A DNA stretch of 64,000 nt from Octopus vulgaris (Eukaryota), in contig OX597817.1 in assembly GCA_951406725.2 (NCBI GenBank), positions 104,966,001-105,030,000 on the forward strand, in the 5' to 3' direction. Within the stretch, counting starts at the first letter, position 1; every line of letters begins with the position of its first letter. The translations under genes and the position numbers were made by a program. The notes under the pieces were generated by a model that saw only the letters and a list, made by a program, of their open reading frames with translations, made no database searches and was not told the origin of the DNA. This document shows, one piece after another, positions 51,061 to 64,000 of the stretch.

Positions 51061-51323
51061 ATTGCAGCGTGGAAGGTGTTTGTAAGCCATTTAAGAAACA
51101 CACAAAAACCGTTACATTCACTTCAACATTTAAATTTAATTTGCCAAAATATTTTCGTCGCTTTCAGACCGCGACCTGTTCACTGACAAAAATATCGTGC
51201 TAACAGGTCGCGGTCTCAAAGCGACGAAAATATTTTGACAAATTAAATTTAAATGTTGAAGTGAATCTAACGGTCTTTGTGCGTTTCTTAAATGGCTTAT
51301 AAACACCTTCAACGCTGCAACTG
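51061..51323. repeat. Fold-back pLTR-like repeat with a G3-C8 hammerhead (51140-51190, minus) and a partial mirror copy (51202-51242, plus)
   Basis: Arms are reverse complements; same family as 19372-19585; TTTGTCA-GTGAACA-G-GTCGC...GCGAC-GAAAATATTT-TGGCAAA. Confidence 0.85.
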
Positions 51324-51392
51324 TTTTCGTTCAAGCACACGATCTCAGATCAAGTCACTTGCTATGCAAGTACATCTCTGTAACTATATATA

Positions 51393-51443
<51 letters not shown>

Positions 51444-51506
51444 TGGTAAAAACAGTAAGATAACAAAAGAAAGAAAGAGACCTCAATATTAGGTAAATAG
51501 AGGAAA

Positions 51507-51899
51507 TCTTTATATATAAAAGTGAGGTTGTGTGTCTGTCTCCTACGATTTAGATTCCTAACTACTCCCACATTTTGCGGTGCAGATTAACCAAAACCGG
51601 GTATCTTATAGTAGTGATTCATATCGAGACCGTCTGGGTATTAGCGCGCGTCTACGATGAGTCTACGATTTAAAAAAAATTTACCATCAATTTTTCCCAT
51701 TTTTAATCCATTTTTGACATATATAAGGGAAGTAACTCTCTAAAATTTATTATTAAATCTCAGAACGTAAAAAGCTACAGTAACACCCCTCCCCTTTGTG
51801 GTTAGCCATATTGAGATGGCTATTATACTTTACATCTCTAAAAATGCTTATATAATTATTTCCCTTACAAACCCGAGCAACGCCGGGCGATACTGCTAG
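51507..51899 (+). mobile_element. Complete non-autonomous Helitron
   Basis: A|TCTTTATATATAAAAG 5' end; 3' hairpin CCCGAGCAACGCCGGG + CTAG|T; homologous to 53095-53732. Confidence 0.88.
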
Positions 51900-52389
51900 T
51901 CTCTTATTATAAAAGGCAGATTTTATCTGCCTCCCTTTGGGAGTTATACAAATCTACAATATAGGATTTCTTCAATTACAATTTACCTACCATTTTTAAG
52001 AGTAGAATGCATCGCGTCATGCCAGGTCCAGTTTTTAAAATTTAAACTCCAATTAAGCAAAATTTACAGAAAACTCACATTCTGGTGTGTGTGTCAAATG
52101 CTTTTCTTAGTCTGGTTTACACCACACGCAAACGCACACACACAGTGGGCAACGAATAAAATGAAAGTAAATAGCGACAGAGTGATTTGAGGAAGACTAA
52201 ACTGAAAGTATTCTGTCTATGACGCTGATAGATACATGAGTAAAATGTATGGGAAGCTAAGAGCTAAGAGTGAGTGAAAATAGCGAGAGAGAGAATGATT
52301 TGAGGAAGACTTTCATTAAATAACCGTAGTGGCTTGTGTTAGTAATAAAGTAAACATACACTCATACATACATACATACATACATACAT

Positions 52390-52422
<33 letters not shown>

Positions 52423-52529
52423 TACACACACACATACATACATACACACATACATACATACATACATACATATACATACATACATACATATACATACATA
52501 CATACACACACACATACACACACACACAG

Positions 52530-53075
52530 TATTGAAGCTTGAGAACAATCAGATACATTTGCAACACATCTGTTGAAAATATTATTGTTCACACACATAC
52601 ATATACATATATACATACAGACAGACAGACAGATAGACACACACACACACACACACATGATCCAGCATGGCCACAACCTCAAGGCTGAAACATATAAAAG
52701 AATAACAGAATATAAATGTGTGCAAAGTACAAGAAATATTAATGCAGTATATGGGGATTGGACAATAAGCGTAAGGCAGTGTCAATGGTGGTTCCAGAAA
52801 TCCCGAGCCATAAACTACAGCCTAGAAGACGAGCCTCATCCTGAAAGATCTGTAGAACTCGACAAGGACATCCTGAAAACCCTGGTGGAACAAAATCTCA
52901 TCGTAACTGTTGAGGAACTAGCAGAGAAGCTTGGATTTGGTCATTCAACCATTCATTGAGACCTGTGTGCTATCGGAAAAGTCAGCAAATTGGGTCAATG
53001 GGTTCCTCACGAACTTTCCGAGTCTAATTGCATGCAGAGAGTGAATGTATGCTTTTCTTTGCTGTCACATCTCAC
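52530..53075 (+). mobile_element. mariner transposase remnant (Mos1/SETMAR-like), split by a microsatellite and truncated near a Helitron
   Basis: WFQK...SLEDEPHPERS...TVEELAEKLG...STIH*DL..IGKVSKLGQWVPHELS. Confidence 0.87.
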
Positions 53076-53094
53076 CACTACTGCGCTATGTATA

Positions 53095-53732
53095 TCTATA
53101 TATATAAAACTGTAGTTGTGTGAGTGTCTGTCCCCTTCGATTTAGATTCCTAACTACTCCCACATTTTGCGGTGCAGTTTAACCAAATTCGGGTAGCTTA
53201 TAGTCGTGATTCATATCGAGCCCGTCTGAATATTAGCGCGCGTCTACGATGAGTCTACGATTTAAAAAATAATTTAACATAATTTTTTATTCCATTTTAA
53301 TGCATAATTTTTCGTGTGTCGATGGCGGCGGAGTTGGCGTCCACGCTCACACCTGCACCTGTGGGGAAGGGAGTGTAAGGAAATCAACGTCGTAATGCGT
53401 TGTCAAGGAGACCAGTGTTCTTTTAGAACAACGACTTCATGGCTTGAAGACACCAAAACAGAAATGGCTAAGAAAGCGTCTACATGAGTCTACGATTTAA
53501 AAAAAAATTTACCATCGTTTTTTTTCCATTTTAATACATTTTTTTCGCTATTATATAAGGGAAGTAACTCTCTAAAAATGTCTACGATGAGTCAACGATT
53601 TAAAAAAAAAATTACCATCATATTTTTTCCATTTTTAATGCATTTTTTGCTATTTTTTTGCTATAACTCTCTAAAAATGCTTATATAGTTATTTCCTTTA
53701 CAAACCCGAGCAACGCCGGGCGATACTGCTAG
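53095..53732 (+). mobile_element. Complete non-autonomous Helitron with internal duplications
   Basis: A|TCTATATATATAAAAC start; GTCTACGATGAGTCTACGATTTAAAAAA-like block x3; CCCGAGCAACGCCGGG...CTAG|T end. Confidence 0.88.
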
Positions 53733-55009
53733 TTCACAATAAATTCTGATCTGTATTTTCTATTATCGCCTTAAAGTGATATTAAGAAAAAAATATTGTC
53801 ATAAACTCATCGATTAAATGTTATTTTATGATGTAAAAAGAAGTAAAATGCAAAAGAAACGAAACTAAAAATTCAGAGTGATGATTGTAAATCGAAAAGA
53901 GAGGGGAATTTTGTTCTCACATTTTATTTTAAAGGTAAAAGAGCTAAACTACATGATTTCGTAAGCGTACAGCGTAATGCTACATCCACAAGTGCTGGTG
54001 GTTATTGGGCCTACAAATGATGTATTAAGTGTTACAAATTTAGAAAGAAGCTGAAGTGCACCGTTTCATAATAGTATTTCCAACAAATGATACAATAAAA
54101 ATCTGTTATGTGGCCTACCGCTCAATACATGCTAGCTCAGCAATCGTGAACACATACGTAAAGCTAATTCCTTCAATAAATGAAAATTACATTTTAATTT
54201 AAATACACTGTATATGTATTTCTCACATTACATAAAGATATTAAATAACTTTCTGATTTTCGTTTTACTTTCCATTATTTTCATTTATTTCTTAGTTTAG
54301 TGTCAATACTGCCGATTATTTTGGCTTTATTTTTTTCGTATTTTACTCTGTTTTTTTTTTTTTTTAGTTTTTGCCTTCTGAAATAAAATTTAACCAACTC
54401 ACCAATTGTTTGTTGTACGCAGGGACCTCTATTGTCATATTTCCTTCGTACTGTTGTAAAATTCTCAGTTTAGGTTCTATTTGTTACAATTGCTGCGGTT
54501 AGATTTCCTTGAGATTCAATTTTCTATATTTAGCAATTTAGACCGAAGGTGGTTGCTGTTGGTAAACAGCAATACAATACTATATTTGACAATATCTAGC
54601 CAAGTGTCTCTGACGTCAGCTTGTGGTCGGCGTGTTAGCTAAACGGAAAAGTTTAATTTTTGCATTGAAAATTGCCACCAGAACATTGGAGAGGTTTCTG
54701 CGGAATGCATGTAAAATGAGCATAAGATTCAACTCTTTGGGGACATTTGGCTTACTGCAGCTGGAAGCTCAGCCTGTCTTCAGTTTCACTTTTGATAAGA
54801 ATTTTCATCGCTCGATTTCTTCACTGACAGTTTATTACTGTTACCAATGACTGTATTTCTCTGAGAATTACAACTTGAGTATTGCAAAGTAAAAATGTTA
54901 AGTGTTATCAATAAAACACGATTGAAGATAATTTCCTTTATTTGCTTATAATTCAACATGTTAATATAACACAATTCAACTCAATTGTCACATTTCTAGC
55001 ATGAATGTT

Positions 55010-55330
55010 TGACTGTCGTCATCTTCTATCTTTTACTTGTTCTAGTCATTGGACTGCAGTCACGCTGGGGCACCGCTCTGAAGGGTTTAGTCGAACAAAT
55101 CGCACCCAGTATTTCTTTTATAAAGTCTATTCTATCGGTCTCTTTCATCAAACCGCCAGTTTATGTGGATGTAAACAAACCGACACCGGTTATAAAATGG
55201 TGGTGGGAGGACAAGCACACACATATATGTATACAACTTAAGTTTCAATCGACTAAATCCACTCACAAGACTTTGGTCGATCCGGGTCTATAGTAGAAGA
55301 CACTCACTCAATATGTCGCACAGTAGGACA
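55010..55330 (-). mobile_element. SINE family A, diverged
   Basis: ACTTGTTCTAGTCATTGGACTGC...CTATAGTAGAAGACACT. Confidence 0.7.
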
Positions 55331-56229
55331 GCACACAAGACCACATGCCACAGGGCCACACATGCACCTCTGTACATGTTCTCCTAGTTTAATTTCTTAC
55401 ATTTTTCTCCAATAGAGAAAGAGCCGGTTTTTTGGAAATGGGACATCATCTAGGTGATCATGTACATAATTAAAAATAAACCTATTGGCCAATTTGAATT
55501 ATTTGTCTTGACTCAATTTATTTTTCAAATATGCAAATTATTCTGTCCATAAATTATTCATAACTCTTTTTCCCTATGTCAACTGTTCAGTTTGCTTCGG
55601 CAGATTCTACAAAATTGATGTGGTCTAGTAGAGTGAAACATGTCCATAGTTGTCCCTTGCCAGAAAATAAAGGCCAGACTTTACCTCTTTTACCTAAGCA
55701 TATAAATTTACCTAAGCAGGTAAATTTACTTTGAACAAATAACTCTTGATGTCTTGAAATTATACCCCCGCGTCTTCGCCAGTTACTAACAAACGGCGAC
55801 AGGATTTCAGGTTTTTTCTTGTAAAGGGCAATTTCAATCAAGAAATTTTTGTATTCGGCATTTAGCGCATCACTCTGTATATAAATATGTATCTGCTAAG
55901 ATAGGCATTTGTCTGCATGTATATTTACATGATGCATATTGTTTTCATGCAGATTGTTTCACTAAATTACGTATTCCCGAAAATGAACGGCCTGACAATA
56001 TAGTAGGTACTACAAACGAACTGAGCCAGAAGAGAATGCCAGATAAGACAACGAGACAGCAAGAAATAAACATCTCAAATGAGTTATAACGAACATACAA
56101 CTCACAACATTGTAGTACCTAGTTGTGGGCCTTTTGAACTTTTTGGCCACTGCCTGCTATTGGAAAACAATAGGGCTGAAAATGAGGCGAGATGGTCACA
56201 ATTAGAACACTAACTAGACAATAAAATGT

Positions 56230-56710
56230 TGTCAAAGAAAACTATTGTAAGAGAACTACGGATAAATATAATGCATGGTAAAAATGTGAAAATGGCAGTC
56301 CTACATGAAACGACAAACGAACACCACATACAGTTAACCACTGCATACAAGAATGGACAAGGTGATCTTCAGTTAGACAGAGGGAGATGTTACATCGGAA
56401 TCTGTGGATCGCATAAAGTGGTTTCTCATTGGAGAAACTACTTTATGGTGCCATAGATATTTGGTTGAACAGGGCTTACTTAAGGTTACAACAACAACAA
56501 CCTCTTTTCAATTCAAGAGTAAGAATGCCTCAACAAATAACTCCTCTACTGCCTCAAAAATACAAAAAAAAAAAAAGAAAAGAAAGATCAGCAACATCCC
56601 AAACAGAAAATATCAGCTACCTCATTGCTAACTAGAAAAAGAATGACCGGAAGCCATTATCTCCACATGAGGCATGATATGATAGCCAGAACGATGTGGA
56701 ATAAAATGAA
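56230..56710 (+). mobile_element. Very decayed R4/Dong-type LINE remnant
   Basis: TENISYLIAN followed by MTGSHYLHMRHDMIARTMW, aligning by eye with the CCHC/RHD region of the 26960-27780 copy. Confidence 0.45.
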
Positions 56711-57344
56711 TAATAGAAAGGTAAGGACAAAGGACATCAATTAAAAATGAACGTGTTGAGAACGAAGGATGGAAATGCTTCTTATGAACTCTAAATGCAG
56801 AAAAAGAAAAGAAAAGCAGAAGCTGAATAAAAAATGTAGCTTATCTGAGATTGTCGTTTGATTAACATTAAAATGCATGTTCTGTTAGGAAAGTCAGTTA
56901 CACACGTGATAGCTGAATGTACATTGAATTTATCAACAGAGAGCTGTTTTTTTTACTGTATCACTACATGACAAGTAGGGTGACATTAATGTATAAGAGA
57001 CAAATACAGGTATGTCAAATGCCATACAACATAGATTCCCGATTTACTAAATTCATCCCCGCTTTTTGAAGATATGTCATAATTACCAAACGGCAATTAA
57101 GAGAAGCTGTACTAAGGGAGGGGAGATAATCTCAAGAATCAAGAATTTCCCAAAATTAATATATCATAAAGGAAAAAAGGCAGATTTATTGTCAGGAAAT
57201 AAGAGGACAGTCATTTACACGTGTTCCTAGCTCAACAAGTGTCATCAGCACGACAACCTGACCTTCTCTCCAGTAGCCAAAGGACTTAGATTTATAGCAT
57301 AAAGAACAAAAAACATTTATGGCCTCTTTTACTCATTTACTCTT

Positions 57345-57995
57345 TTATTTGTTTCAGTCATTTAACCGTGGCCATGCTGGAGTACCACCTTTAGTCGAAC
57401 AAACTGACCCCAGGACTTATTCTTTGTAGGCCTAGTTCTTATTCTATGGGTCACTTTTGCCGAACCGCTAAGTTACGGGGACGTAAATACACCAGCATTG
57501 GTTGTCAAGCGATGGTGTACTAAATTTGAAACCATTATTTGTATCATTTAAGGCGGAGGGCATGCAGAATCCTTAGCACGCCGGACAACATGTTTGGCGG
57601 CATTTTGTCCGTCTTTACATTTTAAGCTCAAATTCCGCTGAGGTTGACTTTGCCTTTCATCTTTTCGGAGTCGATAAAATAAGTGCTAGTCAAATAGTGG
57701 AATCGATATAATCGACCTCCCCTCCTCTGAAAAAGTACTGGCCTTGTGCAAAAATTTGAAACCATTATTAGTACCATTAATGCAGCGAGATGGGAGTATT
57801 GCAAGCGGATGAGAACAAATGCTTTGCCGTATTTCTTCCGACTTATTACGTTCTGAGTTTAAATTCCGCCGAGGTCGACTCTGCCTTTTTTCCTTTCGGG
57901 GTCGATAAAATTGTACCAGTTGAACACTGGGGTCAATGTAATGCACTAGCCTCCTCTACTAAAATTTCAGGTCTTGCGCCTATAGTAGGAAAACT
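57345..57995. mobile_element. SINE cluster (family A minus 57345-57517; family B plus 57550-57770 and ~57800-57995)
   Basis: Family-diagnostic blocks as above. Confidence 0.78.
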
Positions 57996-58384
57996 ACTAG
58001 TACCATTTTCAAGTTTACGAGAAAGTACACACATATCTTTTTCTTGATGTATAGGATGCTTCTCCTCCAGGTATTTGTTGAGGTAGACAAATCCAACTTT
58101 AAAGGAGGTTGCTCGGAACGTTACCGAGAAGTGAATACTTCTTGAGTTCACTCCAGATGTGTAAATGGTTAAATACATATTATTTGTTACTGCTGTTTAG
58201 CAGATGCTATCTGATATTATACTTCCAAAACTTCTTCAAATTTTTATCCCATGTTTTCGAGGCATTGCGGACCTTCACTCCCGCCCCAAAATGAAAAAAT
58301 TAGAGTAGACGAAGTAAATGACCTTGTGTAAAATAATTTTTTCCTGAGATAAAATGTTACTGATAAAATAATAAAAAAATTGAT

Positions 58385-60361
58385 GAGAGGGGTGAACTTG
58401 TTTTTTCTATAATATGTCTTCAATATTAGGCTGCGTTTTTGATAATTCGACCCTCATGTCATGCGCTACATCCAGTTTATTGCGAACCTTTGTTTCAATT
58501 GCGAGTAAAGTTGCAAAAGCGATCTCACATTCGTACGTTGTTGCGAATGGAACGATGAAATTGAGGACCAATTTGGCAACATCTGGATAGGATTGCGTCA
58601 TTTCAATCCAGAATTCACTGCAACACATGTTATGGAAGGCGTTTTTTGCACCTCCATCATTCAGCAAATCGACGAACTGTTCTTGAATGACTTAATCTTC
58701 TAACGGAAGGTCAACAACAGAGATTGCAAAGGAATTGGTGATGAAATTATGAACTTTTTCCAAGTTTTTTTTTAGGTCGGGGAAGTATCTTTGAATTTCA
58801 GCGTGAAGAACTAAGACATGCTGTTTTATTATGTCGAGGATATCAGCATCAACTTGAAGGCCATCTTCATCAAGGAAAGTATTGGGGTTCGGAAATGATG
58901 CAAAATTCTCACATTCCAATTTGGAATGCCACAAATGGATCTTCATTTTAAATGCAATCATTTGTTCATGACAGTGGACAGCGGTAACATCCTTTCCTTG
59001 TAGTGCTAAGGTAACAGAATTAACTGATTCAAAAATGACGACCAAAAAGGAAAGGCATATAAGGAACCGAGTATTGGAGAATTGTCTATGCAATTCTTTT
59101 TTAGCATCCCGAAGAAATTCGCGTATCTCTTTTCGTCGAACGAAGACTCTTTTCAGTACTCTCCCCTTGAATAACCACGTCACATGCGAGTACAGTAAAA
59201 GCGTTCAAAATCGGAGCCATTGTCCTTGAACAAGTCAGCAAAAAGACGCGAGTTTAGAGAAATGGCTTTGATAAAATTTACTGCTTTGACCACATCATTC
59301 AAAACATTCTTCAAATGGTCAGGCATTGTTTTAACCATCGATGACGTGTACAATGCGTATCGATTGCGTTTGGAGACTTCTCCTTCACCATTGTCTGAAA
59401 GCCAGAGCAGCAACCAAGCATTGTTGGAGCACTGTCGGTACACACTCCAACAACGTGCTCCCAGTTTAAGCCATACGTGTTAAAGAATTGATCCACTTTC
59501 TGGAATATATCGTTTGCAGTGTTGAGGGTTTCGTAGAAAGAGAATTCCTCTTCCAGGCGTTTGTTATGCACGTAACGTACATAAACACAAAGTTGTGCTG
59601 AATCCACCACGTCAGTGGTTTCATCAGTTTAGATGACGACATAGTTAAGCATTGATGTTTTTTTTTATATCTTTGAGATAACCTGAGACAAAATATTATC
59701 AGACATCTCAACGATTCATCGACTGACGGTATTGTTGGAAAGGCGGCGAGCTGCCGTTACGTTTTGAGTTCAAATTCCGCCGAGGTCGACTTTGCCTTTC
59801 ATCCTTTCGGGGTCGATAAATTAAGTACCAGTTATGCACTGGGATCGATGTAATCGACTCAATCCGTTTGTCTGTCCTTGTTTGTCCTCTCTGTGTTTAG
59901 CCCCTTGTGGGTAGTAAAGAAATAGGTATTGCTGGAAAGTGAAACATGTTTAAGCTTGTGTAGTTCGGACATTCCGAGCACGAGTGAGATTATATCTTTG
60001 CAGCAAGGAATAACTAACTGCTCTCCAGTGTTATGTGGCTTTTTGCAGCAGTAATTTTCCTTGAAACCTCGTAGAAGGCTTTCAGACCGGCCGCGACGTC
60101 CTGCATACACATTCCTGTGTCATCAAACCTGGATTTGACCAATCTGTCAGCTTGGCGTCTGAAAAATTGCTCATCTTTGTTGACTGCACTGGGATGTTTC
60201 GTTTCCAAATGCCGCTTTAGCTTGCTAGGTTTCAGCGAAGAAGCTGCCAACACCTCAAAGCACAGAACACACTGTGGTTTTTCTACTCCACCAGCAGTAA
60301 GCACAGTGACGCCGAAACTTAGATATGACTCTTCATATCTTCTTTTATTTGTAAAAGACAT
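58385..60361 (-). mobile_element. hAT transposase remnant (Charlie/Buster, ZBED5-like), frameshifted
   Basis: BED-type finger PQCVLCFEVLAASSLKPSKLKRHLETKHP; KKPHNTGEQLV; DETTDV..AQLCVYVRYV; VCTDSAPTMLG; WLFKGRVLKR; dimerisation region PFATTYECEIAFATL...RNKLDV. Confidence 0.92.
59743..59924 (+). mobile_element. SINE family B inserted into the hAT ORF, with 15-bp TSD
   Basis: GGTATTGYTGGAAAG at 59728-59742 and 59925-59939. Confidence 0.9.
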
Positions 60362-60479
60362 TGTACAAATAAATATAACAATATGTAAATGTTGCGCTCT
60401 AAATGCACAGAATTTTATACTATTTCACTCTGTTGAGAAAACTTTGTTACTTTTATCAGTATAGATATATATATAAAAC

Positions 60480-60550
60480 ACATACACACACAGATACAGA
60501 CACAGACACAGACACAGACACAGACAGACAGACAGACATACAGACAGACA

Positions 60551-60623
<73 letters not shown>

Positions 60624-60626
60624 ACA
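60480..60626. repeat. (CAGACA)/(CAGA)/(CA)n compound microsatellite
   Basis: Direct inspection. Confidence 0.95.
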
Positions 60627-60814
60627 AGATAATAAGATATTTTACAAAGCACGCTAAGTCCTTATTCATGCAGAAGTTAATCTTGTTTTACTTCAATATC
60701 CTCATTTTAGTCATTCACTTGGACTTGGTCAAGTTTCTTACCATTGTAACGCATTGTAACTGCTTAAAAAGAAATTCAGCTAAAAGTCGCTTGGTACTTT
60801 ATATAGAGTGGAGT

Positions 60815-61070
60815 TCCATGGCCTAGTGATTAGAGCAGCAGTCTCGCGGTCGAGCGAAACACCTGAGCTCAACACGGCTCCGGCAGAAGGTAATGGCGAA
60901 CTTCTGCTGACTCTTTCGCCACAACTTTCTCTCACTCTTTCCTCTTGCATCTTGCAGCTCACCTGCGATGGACCGGCGTCCCGTCCAGGTGGGGAACCTA
61001 TACGCCAAGGAAACCGGGAAACCGGCCCTGTGAGCCAGGTGTGGCTCGAGAAGGAACCAACAAACAAAAC
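60815..61070 (+). mobile_element. SINE related to family D
   Basis: TGGCCTAGTGATTAG box A-like; CCTGCGATGGACCGGCGTCCCGTCCAGGTG; GAAACCGGGAAACCGG; terminal hairpin GAGCCA...TGGCTC and ACAA tail. Confidence 0.7.
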
Positions 61071-62204
61071 TTTATGTTGAACGAACGTCTTCATTCTGAC
61101 AGCGCGACTAGCTTGTCTTTTTATTGGCTTATTAGGTCCCTACTTATAGATGCTTAATACAATACAAAGATAAAAAGTAAAATCAAGAATGAACTTACGA
61201 TGATAAATATGTCGAAAATATAGGCGTTCGTAAATGTGTGATGGTGAAAACAAATCGCAACCTCTTCATAAACCACTCTTGCGGACTATGTCATCAAAGA
61301 GCCGGTGTTACGGCCGCTGTAACAACTCAGAATATACCCCTGCCCAGACTGTACTAGGGCTAGTTTAGGCTAGCCCAGACTATACCTCCTCCAGATAGCC
61401 AGCCCAGAATATACTCCTGTTCAGACTATACCCCATGCTTGCAGACAAATAACACAAATGTATCTTACTTATAAAAGCTGCCTCAGAACATATATAAAAT
61501 TTGATATGAATCGATGAAGAATTAAAAATTACGTGTAAATTTCGATTTAAACATAGCAGTTTAGAATTATCAAATGCAAATATTCAATGTATCAATATAA
61601 ACCCAATGTATAGGTAGCTTGGAGAAAAATTTGATAACTCGCGCATGCTGCAGCCTAGACTCGAACAAATTTGGCCATTCATGTTGGGTTTATATTGGTA
61701 TATTTTAAAGTATTTTGCATTTGATAATTCTAAATTGCAATGTTTAAATTGAAATTTATATGTACAATTTTCAATCCTATTTAGACTTGCTACGCCCTTA
61801 GCCCCACACCGATCAATAAAGCCACATAAAGGTGCCTGCATTCAAGTACGTGCGTGTACACTCTGCGCGTGTCGCGACGCGTCGCTTCAAAAGCATTCTA
61901 TCTGTAAGTTTTTTAAAAACCTAAATTAGGGGCTCTGTGTAGTGCGTGTATGTTCAATGGTTCCAGCTTTAGCTAAAACCTAAAAACCTAGGCTTTTAAA
62001 CATTAAAAATTTGAAAATTGGCGACCCCTTCGCGGACCCCAGTTTGGGAACCAAGGTTATACAACATTCAAAGGCTGTCTATATTGACCTTAAACCTCTT
62101 ACTCGTTTTTTCTTCCGAGATGGGCCTGGTATTGTCATTATTTTTATGAAGCTTCTAGTTTATTTCAGCATCTTACGGGTTTTAATATTTATGGAATGAA
62201 TTAA

Positions 62205-62650
62205 AGGAGGCAGGCTGGCAGAATAGTTAGTACGCCTGGCAAAATGCTTAGCGTCTTTACGTTCTGAGTTCAAATTCCGCCGAGGTCGGCCTTGCCTTTA
62301 ATCCTTTCGGGGTTTCATAAAATAAGTACCAATTGTGCACTGGGATTGATGTAATCGACTTACTCCTTCTCCGGAACTTATAGCTTTGCACCAAAATTTG
62401 AATCTAATATTTATTGAACAAAATAAGGCGGCGAACTGGGAGAATCGTTAGCATGCTGGGCAAAATGTTAAATGGTATTTCGCCTATCTTTACGGTTTGA
62501 GTTTGAATTTAAATTCTTCCGAGGTTGATTTTGCCTTTCATTCTTGCGGGGTCAATAAAATAAGTATCAGTTGAACACTGGGGTCGATGTAATCGAATAA
62601 ATCCTCCCCCGAAATTCCTGGCCATGTGTCAAAGTTTGAAATGAATATTT
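62205..62650 (+). mobile_element. Two tandem SINE family B copies
   Basis: Heads at ~62205 and ~62427; GAGTTCAAATTCCGCCGAGGTC; GGGGTCGATGTAATCG. Confidence 0.82.
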
Positions 62651-64000
62651 ATGGAGCAAATTTTCTCTATGGTCTCAGTCAAGTATCTCAAATGTAGGTA
62701 CCGGTACTGTCACTGCAAATGTACAGTGGGAAATTGTCACTCAAGAGAAACTCTCTGAGCGCCATCTTTTTTAAAGTCTGGTATAATCTTCTTTGCTTAC
62801 TCTTTGTTCACAGTATCGACCTTTCTATGTTATATGTTCATCAATACCTAGATATTTGTAGCACTCGTTGTTTGGAACAGAGAAGATACAGAGACCATTA
62901 ACAGGTTTATATTAGCTGAAAATATTGGTTCAAATTTGGCACAAGGCCAAATTTCTCAGTTTTGTAGATGTTTCCAGTATAGATCTTTAAATCATCCACA
63001 AATGATATTATGAGATATAATGCTGTCTCACGTTCTTGTAGACCCTAAAATGCAATTGCTGGATTTTGTCAAAGAAATACCAGAGAATTTCGAGCAAAAA
63101 TAATAAGTATGTGTGTGTGTGTAACCTTATATAATGTATGTTCAGGAACGAATACACACATGTATGTCTTCTGCAAGGAAATGCCGCTGAATACATGCGT
63201 GCATGTGTGTCTGACGCTTCTGAGAGGAAATGCTGCTGGTAATATGAAATTAAATATGTATATAAGTATGTATGTATGTATGTATGTATGTATGTATGTA
63301 TGTATGTATGTATGTATGTATGTATGTGTTTGTATATGTGTGTATATATGTGTGTATGTATGTGTTTGTGTATGTGTCTGTGTGAACGTGCATATGTGTT
63401 TGTGCATGTGTAATATGTTAATATTTTTCCTTATCATATTGAAGTAAGTATGATTATGTATGTAACATAAGCTCTTCTTATCACGAACTATCTTCACAGT
63501 CTTCCTAAGTAACACCCAACACCCTATCACATCAACGTACTCTCTGAAGAAACGAAGTAGAACTTGTGTGTGAGAGAAAGAGGGGGAGGAAAGAAAGTGA
63601 GAAAGGGAGAGAGAGAGAGAGGGAGAGACAGGTAGACAGACAGAGAGACAGAAACAGAGATATTTTCTTCTTTATCGCTTCCTGACAGACATGGTGACGT
63701 TAAGGTATGTCGGCTGGTTTCTGCGTTTAAAAAGGGAGTTTCGACATCGTCGTTGCTGAAACTACCAACAAATTTCTTTAAACTCATGTCCTTTTGTCTT
63801 AAATAAAGTATGTATTCGATAGTGCAATTCCCGACATACAAAATGACAGGATTTTCACAACTGAAACTCTTTTCATCGTAAGTCTTTGATCTGGGTTGAT
63901 TTGGTGCTAAACAACAACCGAATTTATTAAGCCAACGAGAGACGATCTATGCACAGTCAGTCTACCTGCAAGAAATCAGCAGCTTAATTTTCATCAAATT

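Noticed and set aside
54609-54620. CRE palindrome TGACGTCA
   Set aside because: A single 8-mer is expected by chance in 64 kb, and no linked gene is evident.
57933-58178. 81-aa ORF next to the hAT remnant
   Set aside because: Runs into a SINE; no recognisable homology.
62015-62058. hAT-like terminus GACCCCAGTTTGGGAACC as the 5' TIR of the 58385-60361 element
   Set aside because: Plausible, but I could not find a matching opposite TIR or 8-bp TSD.
63690-63841. Possible CR1/L2 3' remnant (KTKGHEFK) on the minus strand
   Set aside because: Similarity too short to support.

Overview
AT-rich, repeat-dominated eukaryotic DNA with no convincing intact host gene. The microsatellite load ((TA)n, (TATG)n, (CA)n, (GA)n, (ATT)n) and the SINE families resemble an octopus/coleoid cephalopod genome; that assignment is an inference. 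Most ORF-track entries are microsatellite artefacts. The real coding remnants are all decayed transposons: R4/Dong-type REL-endonuclease LINEs, three Penelope-like (RT + GIY-YIG) fragments, a Helitron Rep/PIF1-helicase with an intact 3' end plus non-autonomous Helitrons, two mariner and one Tc1 fragment, a hAT (Charlie/Buster-like) transposase, a hAT MITE, a possible Sola2-like transposase and many tRNA-derived SINEs. The main signal is non-coding. Manual folding finds about 18 hammerhead-ribozyme (HHR) motifs in Penelope-pLTR-like repeats. They include canonical cores, compensatory core variants (G3-C8, U3-A8) and recurrent U4C and A6U variants. A four-copy family has its three hammerhead strands in a non-circularly permuted order (cleavage strand, then GAAA strand, then CUGANGA strand), with covarying stems. 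A ~550-bp non-coding element also sits in tandem inside (TAA)n and may be a non-autonomous partner of the TAA-targeting LINE. All folds are by eye and ribozyme activity is untested.
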